A stretch of DNA of 64,000 nt from Camelus dromedarius (GCF_036321535.1 NC_087436.1:89840001-89904000), one strand, 5' to 3'; shown: positions 12,600 through 26,463, numbered from the stretch's first letter. Numbers and translations: made by a program. The notes: a model not told the origin generated them from the letters alone.

Positions 12600-12715
12600 G
12601 TTGGTGCTGGCTAACATCCAAGAAGATGAGGCTAAAAATAACATTACCATCTTTACAAGAATTCTAGACAGACTTCTGGATGGTTACGATAATCGGCTTA
12701 GACCAGGACTGGGAG
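12600..12715 (+). CDS. GABRA2: GABRA2 second coding exon ([40 protein letters not shown])
   Basis: Acceptor tttag|G at 12598-12599 and donor GAG|GTAAAA at 12716; 116 nt, phase-compatible with the previous exon; contains the GABA-A alpha motif [15 protein letters not shown]. Confidence 0.98.
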
Positions 12716-15529
12716 GTAAAAATAGTTTTCTTTTTTTTGAACGCTCACAAAATAATGCCTTTAAAAGTTAAGGGTAATATTTATATTTTAATACATTTTT
12801 AATATATGAATGTATTGCCCCATATTAAACAAACATAGATAATAAAAAATAAGGTATATGAAATAAACATTATTTCTGATTTCTTTTATACATACACAAT
12901 GTATTTAACATACCTTTTATAGAAGTCATATAGAGCCCAGACTTTGTGCATGAAGAGTTTTTAAATTAGTTTTATTCATAATGGCTAAGTTTTTCAAACT
13001 TAGAGTATGTGAAAGTGTAACGTTATTGGGCAGATGCGTTTGTGCAGTATCTCCGGTTTCCCTCACTGAATTTTACAGATGCCTACTTTCATATTGGTAC
13101 AGATATGGAGATATGAAGAACATAAAAAAAAAATGAAAGACTATCTGGGTTGTATTTCAGGAAATACACTTATTATTCTGTGATGATATTTCTTGACGCA
13201 TGCATGTGACTTTTCTAAAATACAGCACAGGTTTGACATTCTTGAAACTTCCAAAGGCGTTTTAGATATCCTTTAGCTGTAGGCCTAATTTTGTTGGGCT
13301 GTGGCACAGTTTGATTTCGAACTTAAACATCTATTTTCAGCTCAGAGAAACAAATCTGTTTTTATCCATAGAGGTGAAAGAAATTAAGCTTGGCTAACAT
13401 GTTAAATTTTAATTATCCTTCAGCATAGTTGGCTGATGCTAAGGGAATTAGGTAAAAGTAGGGTAGGTGTGTAATTCTTAAAATGATTCTAGTCAAAATA
13501 TTGTTATTCGACAATTCTGACATGTGTATATGCAGATATATATATATTATCATTTATATGACATTTATCATATATATTATATTTATTAGGATGTTCAGAT
13601 TAATTAATAATTCAAAATTAAGATAAATTATTTGAACACTTGATACTGATAAAAGATTTGTATAATTATTCTGATTATCACCAGGTTGGCAACTTTGCAA
13701 TATTAAGTTGCTTGAAAAGATATGTATTGACTAAATGCCTGGATGTTTATGTAAATACTGTCTTTGAAAAATATAGGTTGTTGTTAATTCTATACATAAA
13801 TTTGGCAGTTCTGTGGTTTGCATTGCTCAGGAGCTGGAAAAGTTCAGAAAAGACCCAACTTGTTTTTAAATAATATGCCATTTAATTGCTGTTAGTTTTT
13901 GTCTTGAATCCTGAGTGGTACGTCGTATTGGAAGAGAGAAGTGCTGGGGAGGAATGATGTTCAGCAATATGACACATGGTATCTCTCAGGGAGAGCTCAG
14001 TTGTTTCACGTACAGTTCGTCTAGTAAAAGGAAAAGAAAAGAATGTTTCCTTAGTCATGGAAACATGTCGAATGACCATGAATATAAGGAATTACTGTCC
14101 ACATCAGCCTGTACAGCAAGGAGCTCATGTCAAACTCATGCAGTAGACAAATGCCCAGCATAAGGCTGTTATAGTTCATGATGGTGGTTTGAGAGGTAGG
14201 CTGCACTAAAGCAGATTTTTTCCCAAGGCATAGATTTTATCACTTTTAAATAAATCATATGCTGTCAAAACCTTAAAATATTTGAGCTAGGTCTTGGATT
14301 TTTGTCTCTGAGTTTTCAGGAGCAATATTTACACCATGGGCGTCTAGTCGGGAAGTAAAAACTACTTGTTGCTGGTCCTGGGTATCACCATTTACTGCTT
14401 CATATTTCTTTTGTAAAATCTCTTCTATTCTCTTCACCTCCCTTGTCAGCATTCGCATATAGATTCTTGCCACTGTGTTATTTAGTTTAATGCATTTGAC
14501 TCAGTGGCTCTTCTTGCTTGGTGTGTTCCTTCCTCCATCCTTCCCTGACATTGGACATATGCTAGTATCTCACAGTCAGATTAGCCTTCTTTTGGTTGAT
14601 GCTTTTCATGTGTCATTCTCTTCTCTTGATCAAATACCCTCAGTGGTTCCCCACTGCTGTTGGTAGACAGCAATGAGGGGGCAGTGGAAGGAATATAGGC
14701 CTTGGGTGCAGATAGATCTAGATGAGAAATTCTGCTCCATCTACATACCCAAAACTGTACCTTGGCCAGGGGATCTGTTTACTTTCATTTAAAATGGCCA
14801 TGATGTATTTAACGTCCTACCTTACAGGGTTGTTGAAAGGATCATGGAAACAAAAGTGTACACAAAGCAGGTCCCACATACTGTCAGTTAAACAAAATCA
14901 ATTCCTTTCCTCCTCCTGTAAATTCCTAATTTGACAATCAAAAGTTTTTACAGTTTACTTCTCTGCTTCATTTTCCCTTTGCCATCCATCCATCCTGCAT
15001 TTCAAAGTCGTCTCTTCATTTTCTCATGAGAATCCATCTGCTCCGTTGGCCTTTGATCATGTTATCCACACTCACTAGAATTATTTTTCCTCATCCTCTC
15101 TGCTGATCTAAACCCCAGTTTTCCTGTGAAGACCACCTCAGCATGGGTCCTTTTAGTAACAATCTTTCTTAACTAAATTGAAATGCCCAGATTCAATTTT
15201 CTCTCTGTTGAATTTCTTTAGCGGTTGTTGGCTCTGGATTGCATGTGGTACTTATTATTTGCTACCTTGGATTATTTATTACCTTTTTATGTGTCTCTTG
15301 TTACCTTAACAAGATTGTGAGCTTACTGAGGCAAGATATTGTATCATGAATCTTCTGTGCTCTCAGTAACTAAATATTGATTTGCATATGGCGGCCATAA
15401 AATAAAGGTTGATTGCTTGATTAACTTTTCTACGACCAGTTAATCATCTGGAAAATGGGCTACTCAGATCTGGCTGATCTTTTAGATGTGGATGTTGAGG
15501 TGATATGTTGAGCATCGTGCAGCAGAAAG

Positions 15530-15765
15530 ACACCGTGGCTTAGTGGAGAGAACCTAACTTTAGACTGCAGAGATTTAGCTTAAATCCCTGCTTTGGTACT
15601 GAGCAGTCCTGTGACCTTAACAATACTTAGCCTCTCTGGGGCCACATTTGTCATCTATGAAGTGGGATTACTATTACTATTCTTAGGGTTTTTGATGAGT
15701 ATTAAAAACTGATATATGCAAAGGATTTAGCAAAGTGACATATAGTAGAGAATTAATACAGAACA
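15530..15765 (+). mobile_element. MIR SINE
   Basis: tgtgaccttaacaatacttagcctctctggg...catctatgaagtggga. Confidence 0.75.
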
Positions 15766-16389
15766 ATAACTAGAAGCCCTTGAAAATTTTCATAAATATA
15801 CTCTTGTACATTTCTGTAATTATTATGATTATTTCCATGTCCAAAATTCTTAGCCTGGATGTTCATATGTCATTTCAAATAGAAAGTTCAAGGAAATTAT
15901 TTGTATCATTATGTCCCAGAAATTAATAATAAGGGAAAAATTGAGTTTGATTCAATTTTAATATATCAAACTGAACATCTCTATTGATGGGTAATCTGGA
16001 TAATTAATCTCAATTATTACTTTTTTTCCCTTTGTAACTTTAATATAAATGAGTGCATAAGGAAGAGCAATCAGTTTTAGATTGAGTGAGAAAAATTGTT
16101 CTTTTCACCTAGCTCTACAACTTACTAGATCTCATCCTAGACAAACTACTTAGACATGCTGAGCCTTGGAGTTTTCTTGGGGAAAATAGGCTCGCTAGTA
16201 TTTTATTCTGAGAGGAGGAGGGAAAATTGGGATTCATATACACAGCAAAGATTATACACTACATTGAGTGATAGGATTTAGGTGTTTAATGATTGTGGGT
16301 TCTCTTTTTTTCTTCCAGTTTTATTGAGATATAATTGACATTTAGCAGTCTATATATTTATGGTGTACAGAACAATGGGTCCTCTTTTA

Positions 16390-16975
16390 ACTATGGGTCT
16401 GATCACATTACTCAACAGAGCAAAATCCTGCGATGGTTTCTACTTCAATCAAAAGACAAAATATATTTCTTTCTGTGGCTTCCAAGACCCTGCATGATCT
16501 GTCTTCCTGTCCTTTCTTTGGCTTCACATCATACAACTCTCCTTGCTAAGCCTGCTGCAGTCACACTGGCTTCCTTCCTAACACACCAGGATATTCCTTG
16601 GAGCTTTTTCCCTGACTGTTCCCCCTTCCCTGGATATTCGTTGATTGCACCTTCTCAGTGAGGCCTACCCTGACCAGTCAAATAAACACTGCAGGTGTCT
16701 GCTCGTTAGCAAGTCTCATCCCTCCCTCACCCCCACTTCTGATTCTCCCCTTACACCCATGACCAGTTTTTCTTCTGTTTCTTAGCACTTAATATTTTAG
16801 TATACAAGATAATAGTGTTTTATTATCAGTACATCAATTGCTTATTTTTGTCTCTTTGGTAGAACATAGGCTCATTGAGGTCAGGGATTTTTGCATGTTT
16901 TGTTGTTTGATTCCCAAGCATCTAGAACCGTGCCTGGCACATAGTAAGCGTGCAATTAAATGTTTCTTGAATGAA
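16390..16975 (+). mobile_element. LINE-2 3' fragment
   Basis: Ends with the L2 tail ctagaaccgtgcctggcacatagtaagcg...aaatgtttcttgaatgaat. Confidence 0.8.
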
Positions 16976-17235
16976 TTTTAACTTTATTCATTTATTTCAT
17001 TTTTTTTGCAAAATAAAATATATTTTATTTTTGGAAACAAATATGTGTTTGTCTCAGTAAGAAAGCACAACTGTGTGAACATCCCCTAACCATGTCTGTC
17101 ATCCAGCTCCTGCTTTCCTTTCTCGAAGCATATTTTGCTTATGTGTGTGCATGTGTGCATGTGTTTTGGGTTTTTATTTTATGTTTAATTTTTTTTAAAT
17201 ATTGCTTTTTATTTTGTTGTTTCTTAATTTTTTTG

Positions 17236-17387
17236 TATATATATTTTTAATGAAATATAGTCAGTTTACAATGCCGTGCCATTCTGGTGTACAGCATAAT
17301 GCTTCAGTCATACACGAACATACAGATATTCATTTTCATATAAGTTACTACAAGATATTGAATATAGTTCCCTGTGCTATACAACAC
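17236..17387 (-). mobile_element. Short LINE-1 3' end
   Basis: tatagtcagtttacaatg...aagatattgaatatagttccctgtgctataca. Confidence 0.85.
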
Positions 17388-18644
17388 ATATAAAAGATTA
17401 TACATCATTTTGTTTTCTTAATATGCTACCATGATGAAAAGACTCAACTAGAGAACTTACCTTATCCTTAAAATCATCAAAGCAATTATCATTTAATTAT
17501 CATACTGGCCTTTCACTCTTAGCATCAGCATATTTTAAGCTGACTTTTCACTGAATGGAAAACAACTATTACACCAATTATTCAAACTCTTGACTTACGT
17601 CAGCTGTGATTCTGCCCTGAACTAACTGTGATTTTGGGTGATTCATTAATCCTGCCTGCGACTTAATTTACTCATCTGTGAAATCGGAGGAGAGATTCTA
17701 CTTACTCTGTTTATCTCTCAAGGATATCGTGTGGCTCAAGTAAATTAAAATTTTTAAGAAAGCATAACGTGACATATAATGGATAGATGTTAGTATTGTT
17801 AGAAACAGCAGAGGAGAGTTCTTTAAGGAGAACATCCTCTTAGAAGGTAGTATCCTTGAAAACATGCAAAGAAAACATTGGTAGGTCTTGTGCATTTGGT
17901 TGGTTTATTTCTTTGTAAGTCTGGAAACCTGAGATGAATTTACTTTGATATCTTATCTACCAAGACCATACATGCAGATTAGTTAGAACTAATAACTGAA
18001 TCAGTTTTTCCCTTTTGTTTTCATTTTAGTCATTGGAGCTAACAGCTTGGGTCCCACCTATGGATTTTCACATTCCATAAGAGGCTTTCAAATTGTTAAC
18101 TGAATAAAAGGAGCAACCTTTGTTTTCTGGACCAGTTTTATGGGGTCATTGAAAAAAATGAGTGTGGAGACAGGCCTCATATATTTATGACAGCTAACAT
18201 CCACGATGCTCAACAGTGACAACTATTAGAAATGACAAGGCTTGGTATCTAAATTATAGATTCAGTCTGGAAAATCTAGATTGAGTACCATGCTTAACTG
18301 CATTTTGAAAAGCTGTTTCAATGAGCTTGTCTAGATAGAATTTTCCCCCCAGTGCTCTTGTTTTGTACTCTGAAAACTTGAAGAAGCTTTCTTCTTAAAG
18401 CCCATGAAAAACATGATGTTAGATTATAGACTTAGGGTCTGAAGGTCAGTTTCCAAATTCACTCTTAGATATTTCCCCTCAGGCTATAAAGAGATAGATG
18501 ATAACATGCTTGTATGAATTTTCCTAGTCTCAAATTTATAAACAACAAAATATAGGCTATTCAGTGGGTAAAAATCAATACAAAAAAATCTGACCTCTCC
18601 CAGAACCTGAGTACATCTGACCTCAGGATAGCATTGCATTATTT

Positions 18645-18915
18645 TAGAAAGTAATGAATGGTTAAGATCAGTGCCTTGGAACACCAACATCTTTGGATTT
18701 GAATTCTGTTGCTGCAATACATTGACTCAAAAACTTTTAGCATGTTACTCAACCTCTTCTTGCTTTGGTTTCTTCATTTGTAAAATGGGGGAAGTAAAAG
18801 TATGTGACCTATTGGTTTGTTAAGGATTTAATTTAATTTATTTATTTTTTTAGCATCTAAATCCTTTGGAGTGACTGGCAGACAGAGTAGGAACGCAATA
18901 CTTGTAGATATTATC
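18645..18915 (+). mobile_element. MIR SINE
   Basis: tggttaagatc...ttactcaacctc...tttcttcatttgtaaaatgggg. Confidence 0.75.
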
Positions 18916-20763
18916 CTACTATGAAAGCAATAGAGGCCATCTCTGTGTTTCCCTTCATTTATAAAAGCTGTGACTTCTAAAAAAAGGATAAATTGTGGCA
19001 CAAATCATCTATTTTTAAAGAAAGGATATATTTGTGTGTTTCTTATGCTATTGATTTCATTTTGTAACACACCTTTGTGTATGTGCTGAATGTGTGAAAA
19101 CAAAGCCAATCACAAAAGAAATAAGTTGTATTTATTGTTCTTTATAATTATCATTGAGACATATAACAATTTGGCATCATCAATTCATGATCATGAATTT
19201 GCCTATAAGAGCAAAGTTATATTTACAGAATGAAAACCTCACCATATGGTGTAGAGGATGATTTCAGGGACATAAGACTGAACGCTTGTCCACTGTCCTA
19301 ACCTGGGATGTGCCAGGAACTTGAAAGGCAAAAGCTATGGGTCTTGTAGTTACAGAGTGCACGCCTGGTGCTCGACTGCATCCTATGTGGTGAGGGGGCG
19401 GCAGAGGCATCGGCAAGGAGCTCACACTGAGAGTGATCTGAAATCTCTTTATAGAACTGAAGGGTGGGGAAAGGACAGGTGATTTACAAGCTGAGCAGAA
19501 AGGAAGCGACTGAGCCCTTAAGAAGTTCTAGTCTCAGATGCAGGCAGGGTAAACTTCAGGTGTTGAGCCTCCGCTTAGACATGGTGATGTTCAGCCTTCT
19601 CCCCCTTGTTCAGCAGCTGTGACTGGGGCTGGTGCTTCTCCTGGAAGAGGCATGAGCCGTGGACAATGCAGTCTCCATTCCCTTTTGACTCAGCCTTCTG
19701 AGGTCCCCTCAAGTGCCCTCAGTTATCCCTAACCTTCAGGATAAACTTTAGGCATGAGAAGATTTCAGAGCCTTTTTCACTCTGCACCACATCTTCTCCA
19801 CCCACTTGAGTTTGCCAAAAGGTCACAGGAAACACTGCATTTGATTTTTCATGAGTGAGAAAATGAAGATAAGCTGGGGTGATCTCACATGAGTGTGTAA
19901 ATAGCTTTTGGTAAAGGTGTAAATGATCAATATCAAGTTATTTTTCATTTCCTCTTTATTTAAAATGATTTTGTGAGAGGCACAGAACAGAGAAAGCAGA
20001 AAGGTACTAGGTGCCTGAAGCAGAATGCTCTTTGGGAGGCTGGGAACTCTGGGCATGACTTTCAAAATCAGTTCCTTCAAAAGTGTCTGGGGCCTGACTT
20101 GGTATCCTCCCCGTGACATGGAACTAGTTTGCACTTTCACGGTGCATTCTGGCTTAAACTAGAAACGCGCTAATGTTAGGTGCAGACTTTTGGATTCTTT
20201 TTGATATTTTGAAGCAGATGAAGAAACACTTTCTGTACATCCTCACTACAAATCTGTGTTGCTTGCCCCCTCCTTGTCAGGGAATGTGCTAAGATGGGCT
20301 TCTTCAGAAATGGTTAGAGTGAAGTGTTGTAGAATTCTTTCTCAGTTTGTTGTTTTAATTATACATATGTGTATATATATACATACACACACACATATAT
20401 ATCTTGTGGTAATTTTATAGGAAATACAGACTCAATGCGTACATGGCAGTAATGGTATACACTAGATTGGGTGGTGGCGCTTTCTTCCCAAACAGCATCT
20501 CTCTCAAATTTCAAGGGGGCATCACCAAAGTGCGTGATCCAGAGAATATTACCCATGTTTTAATCAACTGACGCTAAGGCTTTGTTTTCACCTTAAAACA
20601 TTTTGGATTAATAGCTGCTGCTTCTCTCAACCATTGCTGCTAGAAAGGCATTGTTCACAGTCCTAATTTTGAGGAATTATTATTTTTGCTCTTTTAAGCA
20701 CAAGCATTCCTCACTCACCGTGTTGTTTCCTCTCTAGCTTTTAAGCTCAGGTGCAAGCAAGGG

Positions 20764-20895
20764 TTTTTCTTTTTCTTTTTCTTTTCCTTTTCCTTTTCCT
20801 TTTTCTTTTTCTTTTTCATTTTCATTTTCATTTTCTTTTTCTTTTTCTTTTTCGTTTTCTCTTTCTCTTTCTCTTTTTTTCTTTTTCTTTCTTTC
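20764..20895 (+). repeat. Compound hexamer polypyrimidine microsatellite (TTTTTC variants)
   Basis: Directly visible; blocks of TTTTTC, TTTTCC, ATTTTC and TCTTTC. Confidence 0.95.
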
Positions 20896-23786
20896 ATCCC
20901 TTAATAAGCAGTGGATAAATTGGACCATAGGCATCCATTTGTGTTAGTATTATTTTTTTGATTGCTGCAGCCCAGTCATATTGCAGAAATCTATACTGGT
21001 AGTGGCCATGGCCCCTCATTGCCTCTGCAAGTCATTACTTTTCAATATGTTAACATGAAAAGAGTCAAATGAAATTATTCTAGTATCTGTTCCCTAACAC
21101 ACATATGTTGAAGGCTTATGATGTGCCAGACACTTTGCAGGATATAAAGATGTACACGGGGTAGTGTTGTTCTCCAGGGGCTGAAGTTCCTTGGAAGGCA
21201 GATAAGAGAGGTACAGTGTGATTCTCACAGTAACTTGAAACAGTACAACACATGTTCCATTCCAAGAACATGCTATTGAAGTTTAGAGGAATAAGAAACC
21301 ACCTTTACTTGTACCATACAACTGGAGTTAGCCAAGTTCTGTATCTATAAGCGTAGCTCATTCATTCAGGTGTTTCTTACCAAGGGCCAAGGATTTGCTG
21401 GGTCCTGGAAATGCTGGAATAATGAACAGGACCAGGTCTTTAGAAATTCATATTGCACCATATTTTGGCTCTTTCCGCTTTTTGAGTATCCTAACATCTG
21501 TTTCTTTACTCTTTCCTTAATTAAAAATATTGTATAATTATACTGTGCTTTTCTTTTTTGAACTGTGAGTCTTTTCCCATAAGGGGAAGGGTTGGTTCTT
21601 ATATATTTACTGTCAGGCTGAGAGTTGTAATATCTACAGAAGAGTGTAACATCCAGCAAGCACGCCATTCTGTGTCTGTCGCAGGATTGTGAGGGGGTTT
21701 ATGGTAAGGGTGGCAGTCCTAGAGGTAGTAGGGTACGTGTTAATTCCAGTGGAAACTTCTGGATGCTCCTCAGTTCTCTTTCTAAGGAAGACTTATTTTC
21801 TGCCTTATCTTAATTTTTTTTGAGCTACAGATGAGTTAAAAAGTAACTAGACAGGCCCTGTGAAATAAAAAGAAAAAGACATATGAGTTGTAGTATTATG
21901 AGTATTTAGTTTATTTCTTGTGAATTTTGGATGTTCCTGACCCAACACAGAATTCTGAAAACTTGTTTTTCTCTTGAAATACCATCATTCCTCAAGGTAC
22001 AGATCTTATCACTTATGAATAAGGTATCATAACAATGAAATTAATGTTGAAATTTAAAGAGCTTTTATATAGTAGTTTACCAAATTAGGGATATCAACTT
22101 GTAAGATGCATAGAGATCCCTTCAAAGTCTCCATGGGTTTTTGCATTTTAAGTAACTTACATTAGGTGGTAGTTTTGATGCCTTTATACATCAAATTACA
22201 AGCTGAAAAACTAGCATGTAGGGAAGTATGATTCCATCTCCATCTTAATTTAATATGAATCAAGTACTACCAATTTTTGTTTAATCTTCTTACATTTCTT
22301 GTTTATTTAAATATTTAAAATACGCATGATTAGAAACAGAAATAGTTTCACGTAAAGTTCAAAAACATAGTACTCTGTTATAAGAACATTCCTTTTATGA
22401 ATATCTTTGTTGACATTCAGGTTGTTAGTTCCTTATTAGGGGATTAAATGCAAAACGTAGCACAAAGATTGTTCCAGTAGCATGTGTGGCATTATTCTTT
22501 CTGTATAAAAGTATTTCAGTATTCTTAGAGGGTAGGTTCGGTTAGGATATTACTAAGTTGACTTAAAACGTAATAAAAGGAAAAGGAAGGTTTCCCTTCT
22601 TCTTGAATAGTATCCACAGAAAATATGTGTCCAGAAGCAGATACTGCCATTTTCAACTATTTTGCGGAGATGGTCAGTAAAGTCTAATAAATTTTATGAC
22701 TATTTTAGGCATGTGATATTGTAAGTAGTACAATTGGATTTTTGTCTCTTGAGTAGAGGAGTAGAGTTAGGTCACAAATTGAAGGAAGGTTGAAGAAAGG
22801 ATAAAAAATTATTAATTCCTCCCAAGAGCATTCCCAAAACTATTGTCTAGATTATGTTTTGTAGTGATACCTAAGTGTCTTAGTAAGTATTGGAAAGGCA
22901 TTTGACTTCCATTAAGAATGTAAAAGTATTGGGTGCTTTTAGAATTGTGTGTGTGTGTGTGTGTGTGAAAAATTTTTCAGGACAGAAGAGAGCTCCAGAC
23001 TTAAATCAGAGGGGTAGTTTGGAGGAGGAAGACAAACATCATGGGATGTTTTAGAAAGAAATGAGAGGCTTCCAGTTTACTCCTGAGATGATGTTAGATT
23101 TTGAAGCAAAAATACTGAGTTACTGCTCAGATATTTGGGTTGGAGGGTCCACATTTTTTCCATTATATGAATTTTTTAGAAGCCTTTACCAGAGAATTAA
23201 GCAAATCAACCATAGTCAGAGAATTAGGGTAAATGGGACAAATTCATTTTTGTTATAATGATTACATAGAGAAACTCTCCAATTTTCAAGAAAAGAAATA
23301 GTGGGCTAAAATGCCAGCCAGGTTTACAAGAAAGATTAGAATTTTAAATACCAAGAGAGGAAGTCTTAATTAAAAGAAAATGGGATTGCAAGGCTGGTGT
23401 TCAGGTCGAGTAGAGGCGACTGGGGGCAGGGGGTAGATTTAATCAGTTATTTAGGGCATGTGAAAGGATAATCATTGAAGCAAAAAATGTGAAGCTGATG
23501 ACTGTGCTTTGAAGAATAGCAGAGGACTCATCCAACAGCTACTAGAGGAAGAGAAACTCTAGAATCTTAAGAGTAAATGGAGTGGGTTTAGGTGGTGAAA
23601 ATGTTATAATGGAATGGGGGTAAATGTAGAGCCATTTTAATGGAAGTTGTCAGTAGAGCATTAGTAAGAGAGCAAAGTCCCTTTAGTCCCTCCAAACTAA
23701 AACTGAGAGCATCCTTTTATCATTTTGAGTAGCTTTTGCCTTAGTAATGATCACAGAATTATAGGATCAATGAAGACTGTCAAGAA

Positions 23787-24045
23787 CTATGGTTACCAGA
23801 GGGGAATGAGGGGAGGAAGGATAAGATTAGGAGTTTGGGATTAACAGATATGCACTACTACATATAAAAGAGATAAATAACAAGACCTACTGTACAGCAC
23901 AAGGAACTATATCAATTTCTTGTAATGAGCCATAATGGAAAAGAAACTGAAAAAATATATATGTATATATGTGTATGCATAACTGAATTGCTCTGCTGTA
24001 CACCTGAAACTAACATTGTAAATCAACTACACTTCAATAAAAATA
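23787..24045 (+). mobile_element. LINE-1 3' end fragment
   Basis: ggttaccagagggg...tttgggattaacagata...aatcaactacacttcaataaaaa. Confidence 0.88.
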
Positions 24046-25007
24046 GGAATATTAGAAAAGAAAAACATTAAAAAATAAAGCACTTTTCTCTTTAAAAAGA
24101 AAGAAAACTACACGTAGAGACACATGATCAGTGGTGCTTATATTATAGTATGTTGGCATTTAAAGTAGGTTAAATATCAAAAATCGATTTGCTATTCTTA
24201 AAACATATCAATCAGAATCATAGGGCCTGAATTCTTACAGGAGAACACCAGATGGATGAAGCAGTGAGGAGAATGTTGCTGTAGCAGAAGAATTCCTTTC
24301 AACTTTCATTCTTTCAAGCTTCCCAGATAATCTGCACACTCTTGGGGGTGTTTTTGTCTGCCACCAAACTGATGGTCTGACTCATAGTATTAGCTCAGGG
24401 ATGGTCACTGAGGGTTTACGTTATCATCTGTGAAATTTGGGGCTGATGAGAAGTCCCATGGGGCCGAGCTGCTGACTCAGGATGGAGATGTTTAGGTGGA
24501 GATGCAGTTCTAGTTGTTACACTGATGTCGCCTGCCTTTGTCAGCCAATTTAGTCTTTGTTATTTTTGGTGACGGATTCTCATACAGGCATGTCACCCTC
24601 ACACAGCGGACTGCTACCAGTTGTGGGCGCAGCTGCAGTTTCTGCTGCCGTTGCTGCTGCTTCGGACCAGCCGAGAGGTTAAGCAAAACCTCTCACAGAT
24701 GCGGCAAGTGTTCAGGAGCATGTTGAAGTGAGTGGATGTGAAAGTCAGTGGAAAGTGACTCTTCATCAGATCCTTTCGCTTTGGGGAAGTTTTGTGGCCT
24801 GCCATTGCTCTAATTTTCCCCCATCCACTCAGAGAGGGTGGTGTGACACTTCACATACTTCCGTCTGAAGACATTAGCAGAAGATATAATACCCCAAGGG
24901 GCTTTTTATAGTGTAAATTTAATGCCACTCAGAACAAAGGAAACCTAGCTCTGTAATGTTGGAATAAAAGAATAAGACATAAGTGAAAGAAGAATATCAT
25001 GGGAGCC

Positions 25008-25511
25008 TTTATCAGTTAAGGATGTGTTTGAAAGTAACTGAAATGTCTATCGGCAGTGGCTCCAATGGATATCAGTTTTTCTCACAAACTAGAAGTCTAA
25101 AGGGAGGTGGCTCCTAGTACTTGATGACATCAAGAACATCATCAAGAACCCAGACTCTGTTTTATTCTTCCACTTCTTCCTAAACGTTGACTTCAGTCCT
25201 TATGCTGTTAGCTTGTGATCCCAAGATGGCTGCTGCAGCTCCAGCTATCATATCCATCGTTAAGGTTGGAATAAATTGGCAGGGACTGTGCCAGCTCCTG
25301 GAGTTCCCTTCATCAGAAAATTAAACCTTCCCACCACTTGCAGCCAGTGTCCATATTTATATCATAGCTATTTCAAGCCAGGAGAGCATCTGGAAAAATG
25401 AGTACTCTACCTGGGGGTGGGCACAATTCTGCTCTGAATAAAATTGGAGATTTATTACAGAGAAGGAAGATGTATTGGATATTCAGTAAGCCACTGGCAA
25501 TGCCTACCACA
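25008..25511 (-). mobile_element. Old MaLR LTR (MLT1J-like)
   Basis: Ends tgcctaccaca (reverse complement of the MLT1 start); internal caagatggctgctgcagctccagc. Confidence 0.75.
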
Positions 25512-25544
25512 TTTACTAATGCTAATAAAAGTTGCTTAATCATT

Positions 25545-25708
25545 GAGGGGTAGGGTATAGCTTAAGTGGTAGAGCTCATGCTTAGCATACACAAGGTCCT
25601 GTGTTCAATCCCCAGTACCTCCTCTAAAAATAAATAAGTAAGTAAACCTAACTACCTCTCCCCCTAAAAATTAAATAAATAAAATTAAAAATTAAAAAAA
25701 TATTTTTA
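25545..25708 (+). mobile_element. tRNA-derived SINE, vic-1-like (camelid)
   Basis: gggtagggtatagcttaagtggtagagc (A box)...gtgttcaatccccagtacc (B box), taaacctaactacctctcccc body and A-rich tail; perfect 18-bp TSD aaaagttgcttaatcatt at 25527-25544 and 25709-25726. Confidence 0.88.
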
Positions 25709-25844
25709 AAAAGTTGCTTAATCATTTTGTGCCTCAATTTCCTACTCTGTAAAATGGAAAATATTAATTCCAATAATGAGTTGATATAGTTAAGGCATTT
25801 AAAACTTTAATTTGTGTATGAATAACCTGGATGGTGATTGTCAA

Positions 25845-25958
25845 AATGTAGATTTTGATTCAGTGTATCTCCATGAAGCTCAAGATGCTGAATTTCTAAT
25901 AGGACCTGGGTGATGCCAATGCTGCTGGTCCTTGGGCCTCAGTTTGAGTAGCAAGGAA
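25845..25958. mobile_element. MER5-like hAT fragment
   Basis: gattttgattcagtg...ggtgatgccaatgctgctggtcc...tttgagtagcaagg. Confidence 0.6.
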
Positions 25959-26463
25959 GTTCTCAGCTAAGACTGCCGCATTATACAACCTCAGGGGGCA
26001 TTCATGAAGCATACAGTGCAATGAAGAGAAGAGGCCCTTTAAGTACTCATTATTATTATTACTATTACTATTATTACTGTCATGTTTTACTCTGACAATT
26101 AGGAATTCATAATTTATGTTTCTAAAGGTTGCAGTGATAAACCTTATATTTTTCAGAGTACAATCACAGATAAAGTCATTCCTTATGATAATGCTTTTAT
26201 AAAACTGCAAGTAAATATTAGGTTGACCATTAAAGTCTGTGGATATGATTTGTAATGTTAAATTCAATTTCTCTACTCAGTTATCAGTACACTCTAATTC
26301 TGTCACATTCTATGTAAATAAGGTCATATCCCTATCTATAGCTATAGTTAACAAATTAAAACTAATTTGTGGAAATGCATGGTGGCATTTGAACTCTGCT
26401 TCAAAAAATGCATTGGACATTGCAATTAGCTAGTCTTGGGGAAAATACTGACATGAAGCTTGT

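Noticed and set aside
16247..17403. aaagattataca repeated at ~16247 and ~17392 as the TSD of a large L1 transduction
   Set aside because: No poly(T) next to the left copy and the geometry does not fit L1 endonuclease insertion; probably chance or MIR-tail similarity.
20715..20934. KE/K-rich ORFs
   Set aside because: Translation of a microsatellite.
25548..25620. tRNA-Ala-like gene
   Set aside because: It is the head of a SINE with an A-tail and TSD.
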